A DNA stretch of 64,000 bases, from the sequence record NC_031039.1, one strand, 5' to 3'. A program made the translations under genes and the position numbers. The notes below the pieces were generated by a model. The model worked only from the letters and a program-made list of their open reading frames with translations. It was not told the DNA's origin and ran no database searches. This document shows, piece by piece, positions 50,523 through 60,039 of this stretch (its first letter is position 1; the number at the start of each line of letters is the position of its first letter).

Positions 50523-50792
50523 ATGGAATATTCTACAGTTGAATACAATGCTGTTTCAACAAGTAATAGTATTTTTAAACAACCTAGACAAAAAATGTGG
50601 GGAGTTTTTGTTGCAGTCAGTAAGACTGGTAACATTAATAAATGGAAACTAATTTATTTAAATAATGATTTTGATGGTGCAAAAGAAATCTTTAATGATT
50701 GGTTGCAAAATCCGAAAGATCCAAAACTTGCAGGTATGGACAATATTATTATGACAGAAGTTCTTCCTGCTAATAGCTCTACGAGAAACTAA
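50523..50792 (+). CDS. Fibre-operon paralog family D member 3
   Basis: FKQPRQKMWGVF..WKLIYL..GAKEIFNDWL..AGMDNIIMTEVLP. Confidence 0.8.
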   Translation: MEYSTVEYNAVSTSNSIFKQPRQKMWGVFVAVSKTGNINKWKLIYLNNDFDGAKEIFNDWLQNPKDPKLAGMDNIIMTEVLPANSSTRN

Positions 50793-50830
50793 AAATGAAT
50801 GTAATGGGGTATTTCCCATTACATTCATTT
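50793..50830 (+). terminator. Hairpin terminator
   Basis: AAATGAATGTAATGGG/CCCATTACATTCATTT. Confidence 0.8.
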
Positions 50831-50847
50831 AATTAAAGAAAGGAGTA

Positions 50848-51867
50848 TTGTTATTTATGAATCTTTTAAAGGTAAGAGATGGGAGATTAGAATTAGATAA
50901 TTTCTATACTAATAGTGATTTTGCTGATTTTTTAAATAAGGGTGGTACGCATAAGGATTTTGATGATAACTCTCTTTATATTGATACTAATGAAAGAATT
51001 GAGAGAACCCTAAATTATAATAATTTTCTTATTGAAATTAGAAAAGAAAATTGGGAAGAATTAAATGATGATGAGAAATTTACATTTTATGTCGGTGATT
51101 CAGTAAATGAGTATGGAATAAGTGAAGACAAGGATGAACCCATTCAAAAACAATTTCAGAAGATCATTTATTCTGAGGGTTATGTTCAATGTTATGTATC
51201 AGATGATGGTAAATCATGGCAGAATCTAGGAGGTGTCAGTACTTTAGGTGAAAATATTATTAAACAGGGGTTTCAAAAAATAAGTACAAAAAGCGCAAAA
51301 TTAATACATTATGCAGTCTATACTGATCCATTTTTAACTATTCAAAATTTTCCTGAAGGATACAGTGCTAAATTGTTTGATGAAACTAATACTTTAATTA
51401 AGGAAAGATTATTTGATATAAATAATGAAGCTAAAATATTTTTAGATTACAATATCAATGGTTATCTAGTAATATATGACTTAGAAGGTAATGAAGTAAT
51501 AAGAACCGATCAAATGAATTTTTCATATGGAAATACATTTGTAGCTTGTGATTATAAGTTAGAAATGATTTACAAAGATCAAGTACTTCCAAATGAAGAA
51601 GTGACTGAAATTGATACTTACGGCTCTCCTCAATTAGTTACATTAAAGAATATTTCAGATAACCAGACATATAATAATTTAACTCTAACAACTGAAACTC
51701 TTAGTGATGATTTAATTGAATTAAGTCTAGATAATATTAATTTTAGTGAGTCAATTACTATTCCTAATATACTTCCAAATGAAGAAGTAGATATTTATAT
51801 TAATATAAATCGAGGAAAGAAAACACCAACATTTTCATACAGAGAGTTTTTATTTAAAGTTATTTAA
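50848..51867 (+). CDS. Probable structural/adhesion protein (lectin-like N-terminus, Ig-like C-terminus)
   Basis: Beta-rich; YVSDDGKSWQNLGG; last gene of the late run. Confidence 0.5.
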   Translation: MLFMNLLKVRDGRLELDNFYTNSDFADFLNKGGTHKDFDDNSLYIDTNERIERTLNYNNFLIEIRKENWEELNDDEKFTFYVGDSVNEYGISEDKDEPIQKQFQKIIYSEGYVQCYVSDDGKSWQNLGGVSTLGENIIKQGFQKISTKSAKLIHYAVYTDPFLTIQNFPEGYSAKLFDETNTLIKERLFDINNEAKIFLDYNINGYLVIYDLEGNEVIRTDQMNFSYGNTFVACDYKLEMIYKDQVLPNEEVTEIDTYGSPQLVTLKNISDNQTYNNLTLTTETLSDDLIELSLDNINFSESITIPNILPNEEVDIYININRGKKTPTFSYREFLFKVI

Positions 51868-51889
51868 TAATACGACTAATATGTTTTTA

Positions 51890-51902
51890 AAATATATATT
51901 AT
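51890..51902 (+). promoter_or_regulatory. Early-type promoter AAATATATATTAT
   Basis: Exact consensus, inside hairpin 51874-51938. Confidence 0.75.
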
Positions 51903-51963
51903 ATTTTTGATATAATATAATAAAAGCATATTAGTCTTTTAGGAGGTATTTTTTAAAAAAGTT

Positions 51964-52164
51964 ATGAAAAAAGATAACATTTTAAAGGAAAAGTTAAAAA
52001 TTCGATGCCAGAGATGTGGAAATCTAGGAGCTAAAAGGAGGAGAACTAATACAAATTATATGGATGATGGTAAAAACTTTGTTGTAGAATGTAATAATTG
52101 CTTTACATTAACTGAAGAGTATTGGGAAGAACAATGGGAGATTTATCAATCACTTAGAGGATAA
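51964..52164 (+). CDS. Small zinc-ribbon-like protein
   Basis: CQRC and CNNC. Confidence 0.65.
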   Translation: MKKDNILKEKLKIRCQRCGNLGAKRRRTNTNYMDDGKNFVVECNNCFTLTEEYWEEQWEIYQSLRG

Positions 52165-52170
52165 AAGGAG

Positions 52171-52803
52171 ATGTTTCATTTGGGAGCAAGAGCAATTAAA
52201 AAAGAAAAATATAATGAGAGTGTTAGACGATCATTTAGAAGTCATCTAAATAGTTTATTTGAAAGTGGATTTAAAAAAGATCCTAAAAATTTAGAATCGC
52301 TTAAATTTGCGATTCATATTGAGGATTTAATACTAAAGAGTAATTTTTATATTGATTATTATATTCCTAATAAGGGTTCTAATAAAGGTCAAATAATGAG
52401 AGCAGATGATATCTTAAATAAAAAGAAAGGTATGACTCAAGATATTACCATTCTTGAAAAATATGGTCATCTTGTTTCAGATGATTTAAGTTTTAAAAGA
52501 ATCAATAGATATAATTATGGGAAAATTGCTTTTAATACTAATACATACGATATTGGTATTATTAGAGGTTATTATGATGATAACACTAAGACAAGAAAAA
52601 GATATAAAGTTGACTATTGTAGTGTTGGAGATAGTCTAACAATTAAGACAAGTGACTGGAACGAAGAATATTGTAAAGTTTATAATAGTAAAGATAAAAT
52701 GATTCTTGGTGTTGAGGATGAACTATCAATGCATCCAGAAATCAATAAAGTATTGGAACACTTAGATTTTAAAATGGGAATCTTAAAATATAGAGGAAAA
52801 TAA
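52171..52803 (+). CDS. Hypothetical protein
   Basis: 210-aa ORF. Confidence 0.7.
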   Translation: MFHLGARAIKKEKYNESVRRSFRSHLNSLFESGFKKDPKNLESLKFAIHIEDLILKSNFYIDYYIPNKGSNKGQIMRADDILNKKKGMTQDITILEKYGHLVSDDLSFKRINRYNYGKIAFNTNTYDIGIIRGYYDDNTKTRKRYKVDYCSVGDSLTIKTSDWNEEYCKVYNSKDKMILGVEDELSMHPEINKVLEHLDFKMGILKYRGK

Positions 52804-52823
52804 AAATTAGGAGATGAACAACT

Positions 52824-53516
52824 ATGAAAAAACTTCTTATTCTAACAATTCTAGTTACATTATTAATTCCATTTAATACTATTGAAGCAAAATCTAAAAT
52901 TAGTACTCCTTATGCAACTGTTATGGATACAACACTAGTATTTGCTGATCCAAAGGGAAAATCTAGTCAAGGTACTGAATTTGTTTTATATGTAAAAAAT
53001 AAAGGTAAATATGAAGAATATGAATCAATTGAGACTTATAATGGGGAATCTTATAATTTTATTAATGTTAGAAGAAATGGTCAGTACGCTATTTCTATTA
53101 GAAAGAATGGTAAAGAGAGTAGTTTGAAAAAATTTAAGGTTACTAAATCTAAAGAAAAGGTAAAATTAAGTGGAGAAGTATTTGATACAAGAAGAGTTTA
53201 TTCACCTCTACATGTTATTACTGACAGAAAGGGTAACTTTCATGTTGGATTCAATAAAAAGGTATCAAATAAAAATGTAAAAATTAAAATGTATACTCTT
53301 GAGAAAAATGGTAAAAGAAAATATAGAGGAACAAAAAGTATAAAGGGAAATAAACCACATAGAATTGATGCTAAATTTAATAAAACTAAAAAGTCAAGAA
53401 ACTTTATTTTCACTTATACTATCGGTAAGAAAGAAAGTGAGTACACATTCTTAACATACGATAAAGAAGGGAAGTACATCGATGAAGAATTTGTTTCTAA
53501 AAAAGGAAAGAGATAA
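52824..53516 (+). CDS. Secreted basic beta-rich protein
   Basis: Sec-type signal peptide MKKLLILTILVTLLIPFNTIEA. Confidence 0.7.
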   Translation: MKKLLILTILVTLLIPFNTIEAKSKISTPYATVMDTTLVFADPKGKSSQGTEFVLYVKNKGKYEEYESIETYNGESYNFINVRRNGQYAISIRKNGKESSLKKFKVTKSKEKVKLSGEVFDTRRVYSPLHVITDRKGNFHVGFNKKVSNKNVKIKMYTLEKNGKRKYRGTKSIKGNKPHRIDAKFNKTKKSRNFIFTYTIGKKESEYTFLTYDKEGKYIDEEFVSKKGKR

Positions 53517-53726
53517 ATGAGTGCTAAAAATATTGTCAAATTTCTTAATAATATTATGATTATATTATCAGTGATTGGAGGGGTGTTAGCTATAGCACTC
53601 TTTATCGCTAACTTTATTAGTGAGGAAAGTTATTCATTTGTATCTACCCTCCTTATTGATTGGTTAGGTGTAATTTGCTTAGTTGCAGTATCTAATACAA
53701 TCTTTTATTATATCATATTGAGATAA
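53517..53726 (+). CDS. Small two-TM membrane protein
   Basis: Two hydrophobic helices. Confidence 0.7.
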   Translation: MSAKNIVKFLNNIMIILSVIGGVLAIALFIANFISEESYSFVSTLLIDWLGVICLVAVSNTIFYYIILR

Positions 53727-53740
53727 TAAAGGAGAAGTGA

Positions 53741-54373
53741 TTGGTAATGGCAGACAAGTATCCAAGTTTTGAAGTATTAGCAGAGAATGAAAAAAGAGGT
53801 ATTGATTATGATATCTTTGCTAGATTCAGCGCACTTAGAACCACAATTGTTTGCCCTCATGCTGGAGGAATTGAAGTTGGAACTAGTGAATTAGCTAGAA
53901 ATACTGCTTTAACTGATTTCAATATTTATTTATTTGAAGGGTTAAAACCAACTAATAATAAGGATCTTCATATTACTAGTGCAAAATTTGATGAACCAAC
54001 AGCATTAGAGATAATGAGTAAAAGTGAGTTTGCATTATCATATCACGGGTTTAAATCTGATGAAAAATATACGATTGTTGGTGGCTCTAATGAAGAACTA
54101 AATAAAAATTTAGTTAAAAGGCTACAAAATGGAGGTTTTAATGCTGTTATAGCTACTGACCGTTTTGCAGGTGCTGATCCAAACAATATTGTTAATAGAA
54201 CAACAACAGGAATTGGAGTTCAACTCGAACTAAGTACCACTCAGCGAAAAGCATTCTTCCTAAATAATGATTGGAGTAAAAATAATCGTATGAATTTCAC
54301 TAATGAATTTAGACTTTATGTGGCAATTGTAAGAGATTTTCTAAAATATAATGAAAATCAAAATGTTGCATAA
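53741..54373 (+). CDS. Poly-gamma-glutamate hydrolase (PghP/DUF867 family)
   Basis: CPHAGGIEVGTSE, LHITSAKFDEP, LSYHG, NNIVNR..GVQLELST. Confidence 0.92.
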   Translation: MVMADKYPSFEVLAENEKRGIDYDIFARFSALRTTIVCPHAGGIEVGTSELARNTALTDFNIYLFEGLKPTNNKDLHITSAKFDEPTALEIMSKSEFALSYHGFKSDEKYTIVGGSNEELNKNLVKRLQNGGFNAVIATDRFAGADPNNIVNRTTTGIGVQLELSTTQRKAFFLNNDWSKNNRMNFTNEFRLYVAIVRDFLKYNENQNVA

Positions 54374-54375
54374 TT

Positions 54376-54420
54376 AAAATAAGACTATACCATAATTGGT
54401 ATAGTCTTATTTTTTTTTTT
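54376..54420. terminator. Bidirectional terminator
   Basis: AAAATAAGACTATACCA/TGGTATAGTCTTATTTT plus T tract. Confidence 0.9.
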
Positions 54421-56668
54421 AATAATGTACTTTAACCATATCATTTTTAATGATTAATGTTAAGTTATCTTTAGTAAAAGTGTAATTATTTTTCTTATCC
54501 AATTCTAACTTTTCCCACCAACTACCAGTAAGAACTTTAGAGATCTTTTGTGTATTTAAGTCAATTGTTTGAGAAATAATAGATCTCTTAGAAACATCAA
54601 GGACATTATTTAGAGATTCTAATCTATCTTTATCAGTAATACTATCATTGTTCACAATTGCTTCACAGAATCTAATAGTATTTTTCATTGCTTCAGCAGG
54701 AGCATTTTTCTTTTTATCATTTAAAACATCTTCAACTTTTGGAAGAGAAGACCATCCTTTTAAAGTAAATTCTAGTAAACGACTCATATAGAAATCATCA
54801 GGGTGAGATTCAGCAACTTCTCGTCCAATACCTTGATATTCTAATCTAGAATTTAGACCATGTGCTTCTAATACTCGAATTTGATCAGCATTAAATTGTG
54901 CAAAATGTTCTGTCTTTTTCATGTTATATGATTTATTTTTCAATTCGTTGATATAATATTTAACCACTTTTTGTTTTGCTTTAAGAACATTAATGTCATG
55001 AACAATATTTAAAATATTCTCTGGATCATTATTTTTAGCATATAATCTATTGATAATTGGAAGAGATTCTAAATTAAAGGTAACGTCAATGCTATTTACA
55101 GTTTTTTGTCCATCTTCTTCATTCCAATTAGCATCTAGATGCATGAATAATTTATCAAAATCAATAACTCCTTCTTGATGTAATGCCAATAACTTATCAT
55201 ATGTGTCTTTATCAATACGTACAGTAATTTTATTTACATTGAGATTTCCATCTTTAATGATAGTTTGAGTGCGGTAAATACATGAGTCAACTTCTTTAGG
55301 AAGATCCACACGTTTAGCTTCTATTGGGTTAATAGAAACCTTACCATTAATTTTATAACGAATACTAATATTCAGGTGTTTAGCATTAAAAATTAGTTCA
55401 TTCATAGGAGCTAATGGTTTTTCATCACTTTTCCTGAATACATTAAAAGTATCAGTTACCTTCTTACCAATACGATTATATTCACTACTATCTAAAGGAA
55501 TATAATAGTTATTTCCAGTTGTTAAAACTTTAAGCAGATCCATAACACAGAAAGCATCTTCTTTAGGAAGATATTCCTCTTCAGCTCTTCCATCTTTAAA
55601 ACGTGTTTTATTAACAAAAATAGCTTTATTAAGCTCTTTCATATATTCTTGTCTTGCATCAGCAGTAAATGATTCCATATGTTTGTCAATGAAATACTTG
55701 TCACCAATACTCATATGCATAATATCAAGCGATTCATCTGCTTTTCCAGCATAATATAACTCATAAGCTAATGCATATTTAAAGTTAGTCTCAGTAGTAA
55801 CTGGGATTTTAGAATTAATTGAATCAACATCAATAATTTCATCATTTACTTTAATTTCTTTTGCATCAGTAATAATAAAGAATTGATTTTTAATTTTATT
55901 GAGGAAATCTAGATGCATACTTCCTTCAGAATACTTAGTGTTTTTATTACTTAGATACAAAATTCTTGAATTCTCATCAGCATCAATAGTAACCTTCTCA
56001 GATACCATATCACTTAAAATTTGATAGTTATGACTAAAAATATCATCATAATCATTAATCTTACTAGAGTGAATTAATCGTCCAAACATAGTCTGATCTG
56101 ACATTTCTTCTAATAAAGCTCTATTATAATAATTACCATAACCAATTGTATTTAAAGCCATAATATCATCTTTAATGGAATCAATTCTTTCCCAAATTAA
56201 CTCATATTCTTTTTTCTCATTGCTTACTACAGGAACACCGTCAGTAAAGAAAGTCACATTAAAATTAGGACAGAGGGCTTTTAAGTCATCAATAATTTCT
56301 TTAACATGCAATAGTGATTCAGAAAAACAAGTAGCACCAACAGGTGATTTAAGAGTATCTAGTAAAATATTAATATCTTCAGAATCACGTTTTGATTTAC
56401 CTTTAAACACTGTTTTACATTGACCCTCGCTAGAGAACCAGATAACTGAAATTAGATCATTATCACTCATTAATCGTAATGTACCTTTGACATTTTCAAT
56501 TAATTGTGGTAAATCAGTATTCATTGACCAAGACCGATCTAATACATGGATATGATGTAATCTATCAACTTCAATACTACTTTCTTTTACTTCTTCTTTA
56601 GAGTAATTGATAGCAATGACAGTTTTTTCAGTATTTCCCAATTTAATTTGACTTTTATATGTTTTCAT
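54419..56668 (-). CDS. Large VWA-domain protein
   Basis: VLDRSWSM (MIDAS), GATCF, FFTDG, TIGYGNYYN; SD GAGGAGG favours ATG 56668. Confidence 0.8.
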   Translation of the reverse strand: MKTYKSQIKLGNTEKTVIAINYSKEEVKESSIEVDRLHHIHVLDRSWSMNTDLPQLIENVKGTLRLMSDNDLISVIWFSSEGQCKTVFKGKSKRDSEDINILLDTLKSPVGATCFSESLLHVKEIIDDLKALCPNFNVTFFTDGVPVVSNEKKEYELIWERIDSIKDDIMALNTIGYGNYYNRALLEEMSDQTMFGRLIHSSKINDYDDIFSHNYQILSDMVSEKVTIDADENSRILYLSNKNTKYSEGSMHLDFLNKIKNQFFIITDAKEIKVNDEIIDVDSINSKIPVTTETNFKYALAYELYYAGKADESLDIMHMSIGDKYFIDKHMESFTADARQEYMKELNKAIFVNKTRFKDGRAEEEYLPKEDAFCVMDLLKVLTTGNNYYIPLDSSEYNRIGKKVTDTFNVFRKSDEKPLAPMNELIFNAKHLNISIRYKINGKVSINPIEAKRVDLPKEVDSCIYRTQTIIKDGNLNVNKITVRIDKDTYDKLLALHQEGVIDFDKLFMHLDANWNEEDGQKTVNSIDVTFNLESLPIINRLYAKNNDPENILNIVHDINVLKAKQKVVKYYINELKNKSYNMKKTEHFAQFNADQIRVLEAHGLNSRLEYQGIGREVAESHPDDFYMSRLLEFTLKGWSSLPKVEDVLNDKKKNAPAEAMKNTIRFCEAIVNNDSITDKDRLESLNNVLDVSKRSIISQTIDLNTQKISKVLTGSWWEKLELDKKNNYTFTKDNLTLIIKNDMVKVHY

Positions 56669-56697
56669 CATGTTCCTCCTCAAGATTTTCAGTTTTA

Positions 56698-56709
56698 CAA
56701 TTGAGTGTT
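56698..56709 (-). promoter_or_regulatory. Possible late-type promoter AACA-ctcaat-TG
   Basis: Motif match upstream of VWA gene. Confidence 0.45.
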
Positions 56710-56758
56710 TGAACTTCTCATAAAAAGTTAGGAGAAAACCGTATCAAAATTTTTTTAT

Positions 56759-56771
56759 AAATATATATTAT
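56759..56771 (+). promoter_or_regulatory. Early-type promoter AAATATATATTAT
   Basis: Exact consensus. Confidence 0.75.
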
Positions 56772-56817
56772 AATTGGGATAAATGGTACAATTTATTCGA
56801 AAAGGGGAGAAAAAATT

Positions 56818-57567
56818 ATGGGGAGAATTTTTATGGAGAGTGAACAAGGGATTGTGGAAGTGGAAGAAAAAGGAAATATTTATGAATTAACTGAAATTAT
56901 GAAAGAAAAAGGTAGATCAGTGAAACTTAAGAAAACACATTTTATGGAAATAGATGAATTAGTGAAGTCAATGGATTTTAATTTAGTATCTGACAGTGTT
57001 ATTACTAATTTTGAATTACAATTTCTAATTGGAAACAGTGATGTTGTTAATAGAAAAGATAGTGATATAGAATTATTTTTCCACAAAAGATTAAAAGTAT
57101 TCCTAACGGAAATGTTAGTTGAAAAATTATCTAATAATGAAATTAAAGGTGCAACATATTCATTCTTTGGAAATATGGGAAATGAACATTTTGTATCACA
57201 TATTGATAAAGTTCAAATTTTTAAAGATGAAAATAAAGCAAATTTTGTTTTCTCAAGTGTATTAGATGGAAAAATTAACAGCCTAGATGTTGATTTACAT
57301 AAAATGAAAAATGAATTTCATGTTGATAAATTATTCAATATTATGAATAATATTATTGGTGAAGATGTTCATACTATTAATCTAAACTGTAGTTATAACA
57401 CACTTAACAATAGACGATTATTTAATGTAAATATGTTACCTCTACTTATTGGCTATAAAACTAGCACTACACAAACTGAAAATTATCTATGTACCATCAC
57501 AGTATTTGACATAAATCTTTGGAAGGAGCCATTTATGATAGATAAAGAGCTAGGAAGAAATATATAA
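56818..57567 (+). CDS. Paralog family E member 1
   Basis: Shares ..EM..E.., .DLDKL.N..N, LP..., TITVF..NLW with next gene. Confidence 0.7.
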   Translation: MGRIFMESEQGIVEVEEKGNIYELTEIMKEKGRSVKLKKTHFMEIDELVKSMDFNLVSDSVITNFELQFLIGNSDVVNRKDSDIELFFHKRLKVFLTEMLVEKLSNNEIKGATYSFFGNMGNEHFVSHIDKVQIFKDENKANFVFSSVLDGKINSLDVDLHKMKNEFHVDKLFNIMNNIIGEDVHTINLNCSYNTLNNRRLFNVNMLPLLIGYKTSTTQTENYLCTITVFDINLWKEPFMIDKELGRNI

Positions 57568-57585
57568 ATTATTTAAATATGGGAG

Positions 57586-58389
57586 ATGAGTGAAGAAATG
57601 ACACCACCAATGGAGGAATATAGAGGATTATGTAATAGTGAAAGCATTCTAAGTATTTTTGATAGAAACTATAGATTTAGCGTTTCTAGAAATATTAAAG
57701 GTTTTAGCTTCACTGAGTCAATTAGAAATCCCTATGGCAACAATAAGATGAACATCGGATCCCTTTCACAAGATAAAGAAGGCATCATTAATGTTATAGA
57801 TTATAGCAGATTAGATAAAGAATATAAATTGTCTAATCAAGTGGAATATGAATTCTTTATTAAAGATGTAAGAACTATTAATAAAGATTTTAAACTTTAT
57901 AAAATATTCTTCTATAATGTTATTAGAGAAATGATATGGGAGAGAATAAAGGAAACTCAAACATTTGACGGTTACAAAATCCCAGATAGCCTTGAAATTA
58001 ACTTAGTTGATACAGTTAATTTCATGAGTATTGACATTCCTTCAAGAATGGTGAATTTTGATGAGATTCATTATAGTTATGGTAGATTTAATGATTCTAT
58101 TAGTATTGATTTTGAATTTGCTAATAAATATATTGATTTAGATAAATTGATTAATTTAGTTAATTCTGGTATTGAAAATAAAGAGCTAATAGAAATAGAA
58201 ATGTCTCTACATGCACATAGGAACTTTAAAGATAATAGAGATGATTATTTATTTGATCTGCCAATATTTATGAATTGCCACTCAGATCCAATAGACCCTA
58301 GAGATTCTAAGGAGGATTGGATAACAACAATGGCTATATTTAGTAATGAACTATGGGATGGAAATTATGAAAATTTTATAAAAAAATAA
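57586..58389 (+). CDS. Paralog family E member 2
   Basis: IREMIWERI, IDLDKLINLVN, LPIF, TTMAIFSNELW. Confidence 0.7.
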   Translation: MSEEMTPPMEEYRGLCNSESILSIFDRNYRFSVSRNIKGFSFTESIRNPYGNNKMNIGSLSQDKEGIINVIDYSRLDKEYKLSNQVEYEFFIKDVRTINKDFKLYKIFFYNVIREMIWERIKETQTFDGYKIPDSLEINLVDTVNFMSIDIPSRMVNFDEIHYSYGRFNDSISIDFEFANKYIDLDKLINLVNSGIENKELIEIEMSLHAHRNFKDNRDDYLFDLPIFMNCHSDPIDPRDSKEDWITTMAIFSNELWDGNYENFIKK

Positions 58390-58433
58390 AAGGAGGGAGT
58401 GAGTACATACCGTACCCCACTGCCCTTCTTTTT
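58387..58433. terminator. Bulged hairpin between convergent genes
   Basis: AAAAGGAGGGAGTGAGTAC/GTACCCCACTGCCCTTCTTTT. Confidence 0.65.
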
Positions 58434-58709
58434 TTATTCTGATTTTTCAAATTCAAATCCAATTAAATCTGATACTCCTAAGTTACCGTCTTTACAATTA
58501 CATATACTTGTTTTCTTAACTGGAACACCATTCCAAGGCAATGGTTTATCATTTATAAGTTCAATTAATGCTATTAGTCCATTAGGAGCATGAGTACTTT
58601 TATCTTCTTTATTACATCTCCTACATTTATAGACTAAGACACCAGATTTCATAAAATCATTTCCTTCTTTCTCGTTTAATTTAAATCTTTTCCCATTTAT
58701 TAATCTCAT
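58434..58709 (-). CDS. Small Cys-containing hypothetical protein
   Basis: YKCRRC..H..CNC. Confidence 0.65.
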   Translation of the reverse strand: MRLINGKRFKLNEKEGNDFMKSGVLVYKCRRCNKEDKSTHAPNGLIALIELINDKPLPWNGVPVKKTSICNCKDGNLGVSDLIGFEFEKSE

Positions 58710-58756
58710 TTAAACTTCTACCTTAAATATAGTTATTTCTTAAATATTTCCTATAC

Positions 58757-58972
58757 TTAATGTTTCATTCTTTTATTTAGCTCTTCCACAACTTTTTCAA
58801 TATCACTTTCAAACTCATATGCATTTAAAAATGCATTAGGAGTAACTCTAGATTTTTCATTATATTGAATTAATACTTGGAATAAATTAAGAAGATTATT
58901 CTTTTTCATTTCCTCTAGGACAATATTATTCTCTTCAATAAAACTAATTTTTTCAACAATATTAACGCTCAT
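58757..58972 (-). CDS. Hypothetical protein
   Basis: 71-aa ORF overlapping next gene. Confidence 0.55.
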   Translation of the reverse strand: MSVNIVEKISFIEENNIVLEEMKKNNLLNLFQVLIQYNEKSRVTPNAFLNAYEFESDIEKVVEELNKRMKH

Positions 58973-59162
58973 TATTCAAACCTCTCCTTCTGATCTCTTT
59001 ATTTGTTAAATCTAAGATTGAATTTTGACGTTTGATATATTCTTCTACAATATTACCACCAATTGAATGATCAAGAATTCTTCTCTTAGCATCCTCTTGA
59101 CAAGCTAAGAGAGATTCATTATCTAGATTCTTAATACTATTAATATAAAATGTTGTATTCAT
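58962..59162 (-). CDS. Hypothetical protein
   Basis: 66-aa ORF with SD GGGGG. Confidence 0.6.
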   Translation of the reverse strand: MNTTFYINSIKNLDNESLLACQEDAKRRILDHSIGGNIVEEYIKRQNSILDLTNKEIRRRGLNNER

Positions 59163-59171
59163 ATTTTCCCC

Positions 59172-59732
59172 CTAGAGACGATTATATTTAAGTGCCATTA
59201 ATATTGAAGATTTACTAGCTTTATAGATTTTATTATCCACTATTAAATTAAGAGCTTCCTCTTTTGTAAATGCTTTTACTTCTCCAATTTCACCTTTTTG
59301 TGGAATAATATCATCAATAGTTGATCTCTTTAACCTAGTAATAAAAGTAAAATCCCTTTTATACTTAATCTGACCTCTCTTTAAATAAAACTTATCAGTA
59401 TAATCAACAAGTTCAACTGTATAAGTTTGTATACCTGCCTTAATTCCAAATTCTTCTTCTAACTCTCTTAAAGCACATCTCATTGGTGATTCTCCTTTTT
59501 CAAGACCACCTCCGGGAATTGTCCATTTATATTCTTCTTCACCATTTGCAATTTTCTCATGTACAAAATCTGGTAAGTCTGTTCTTGTTCCCAAAATAAT
59601 TCTATCTTTATCATCTAGTAATATAATACCACAACCAATATCTCTAAAACTACTATTGACCTTCTTGTTAACTGTGATATCTTTTACTTTCTCAAAGATT
59701 GAGATATCACTATCTTTTCTTTTTGGAATCAT
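59172..59732 (-). CDS. Nudix hydrolase
   Basis: Nudix box GGGLEKGESPMRCALRELEEEFGI. Confidence 0.92.
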   Translation of the reverse strand: MIPKRKDSDISIFEKVKDITVNKKVNSSFRDIGCGIILLDDKDRIILGTRTDLPDFVHEKIANGEEEYKWTIPGGGLEKGESPMRCALRELEEEFGIKAGIQTYTVELVDYTDKFYLKRGQIKYKRDFTFITRLKRSTIDDIIPQKGEIGEVKAFTKEEALNLIVDNKIYKASKSSILMALKYNRL

Positions 59733-59766
59733 AATTATATTTCTCCTTTTTAAATTATTCTTTTTA

Positions 59767-59779
59767 ATAATATATATTT
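59767..59779 (-). promoter_or_regulatory. Early-type promoter AAATATATATTAT
   Basis: Exact consensus on minus strand upstream of Nudix gene. Confidence 0.75.
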
Positions 59780-59998
59780 AATGACTGATTTAAATAATTT
59801 TTTCTTCACATTAATTGGTTATGTATTTTTTATAAATAATAAAAGATATCATTTTACATAACAACATGTTATATATTTGAATATCCTTTATTATTATTAT
59901 TTTATTAAATAATATTTTTTTTTTATTAATCCTTCCCTAAAAACCCCTATTATTAATTTTGTTTATTTTTTTATTTGCTTAAAAAAATTAGAGAATGG

Positions 59999-60010
59999 AA
60001 CATTATATTA
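59999..60010 (+). promoter_or_regulatory. Late-type promoter AACA-ttatat-TA
   Basis: Motif match upstream of PIN-PhoH gene. Confidence 0.6.
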
Positions 60011-60039
60011 AATTTGATGGGAAGGATTGAGATTAGATC

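Noticed and set aside
58399-58593. 64-aa plus-strand ORF with AGGAGG upstream
   Set aside because: The apparent SD is the left arm of a terminator hairpin, and the ORF overlaps a minus-strand gene.
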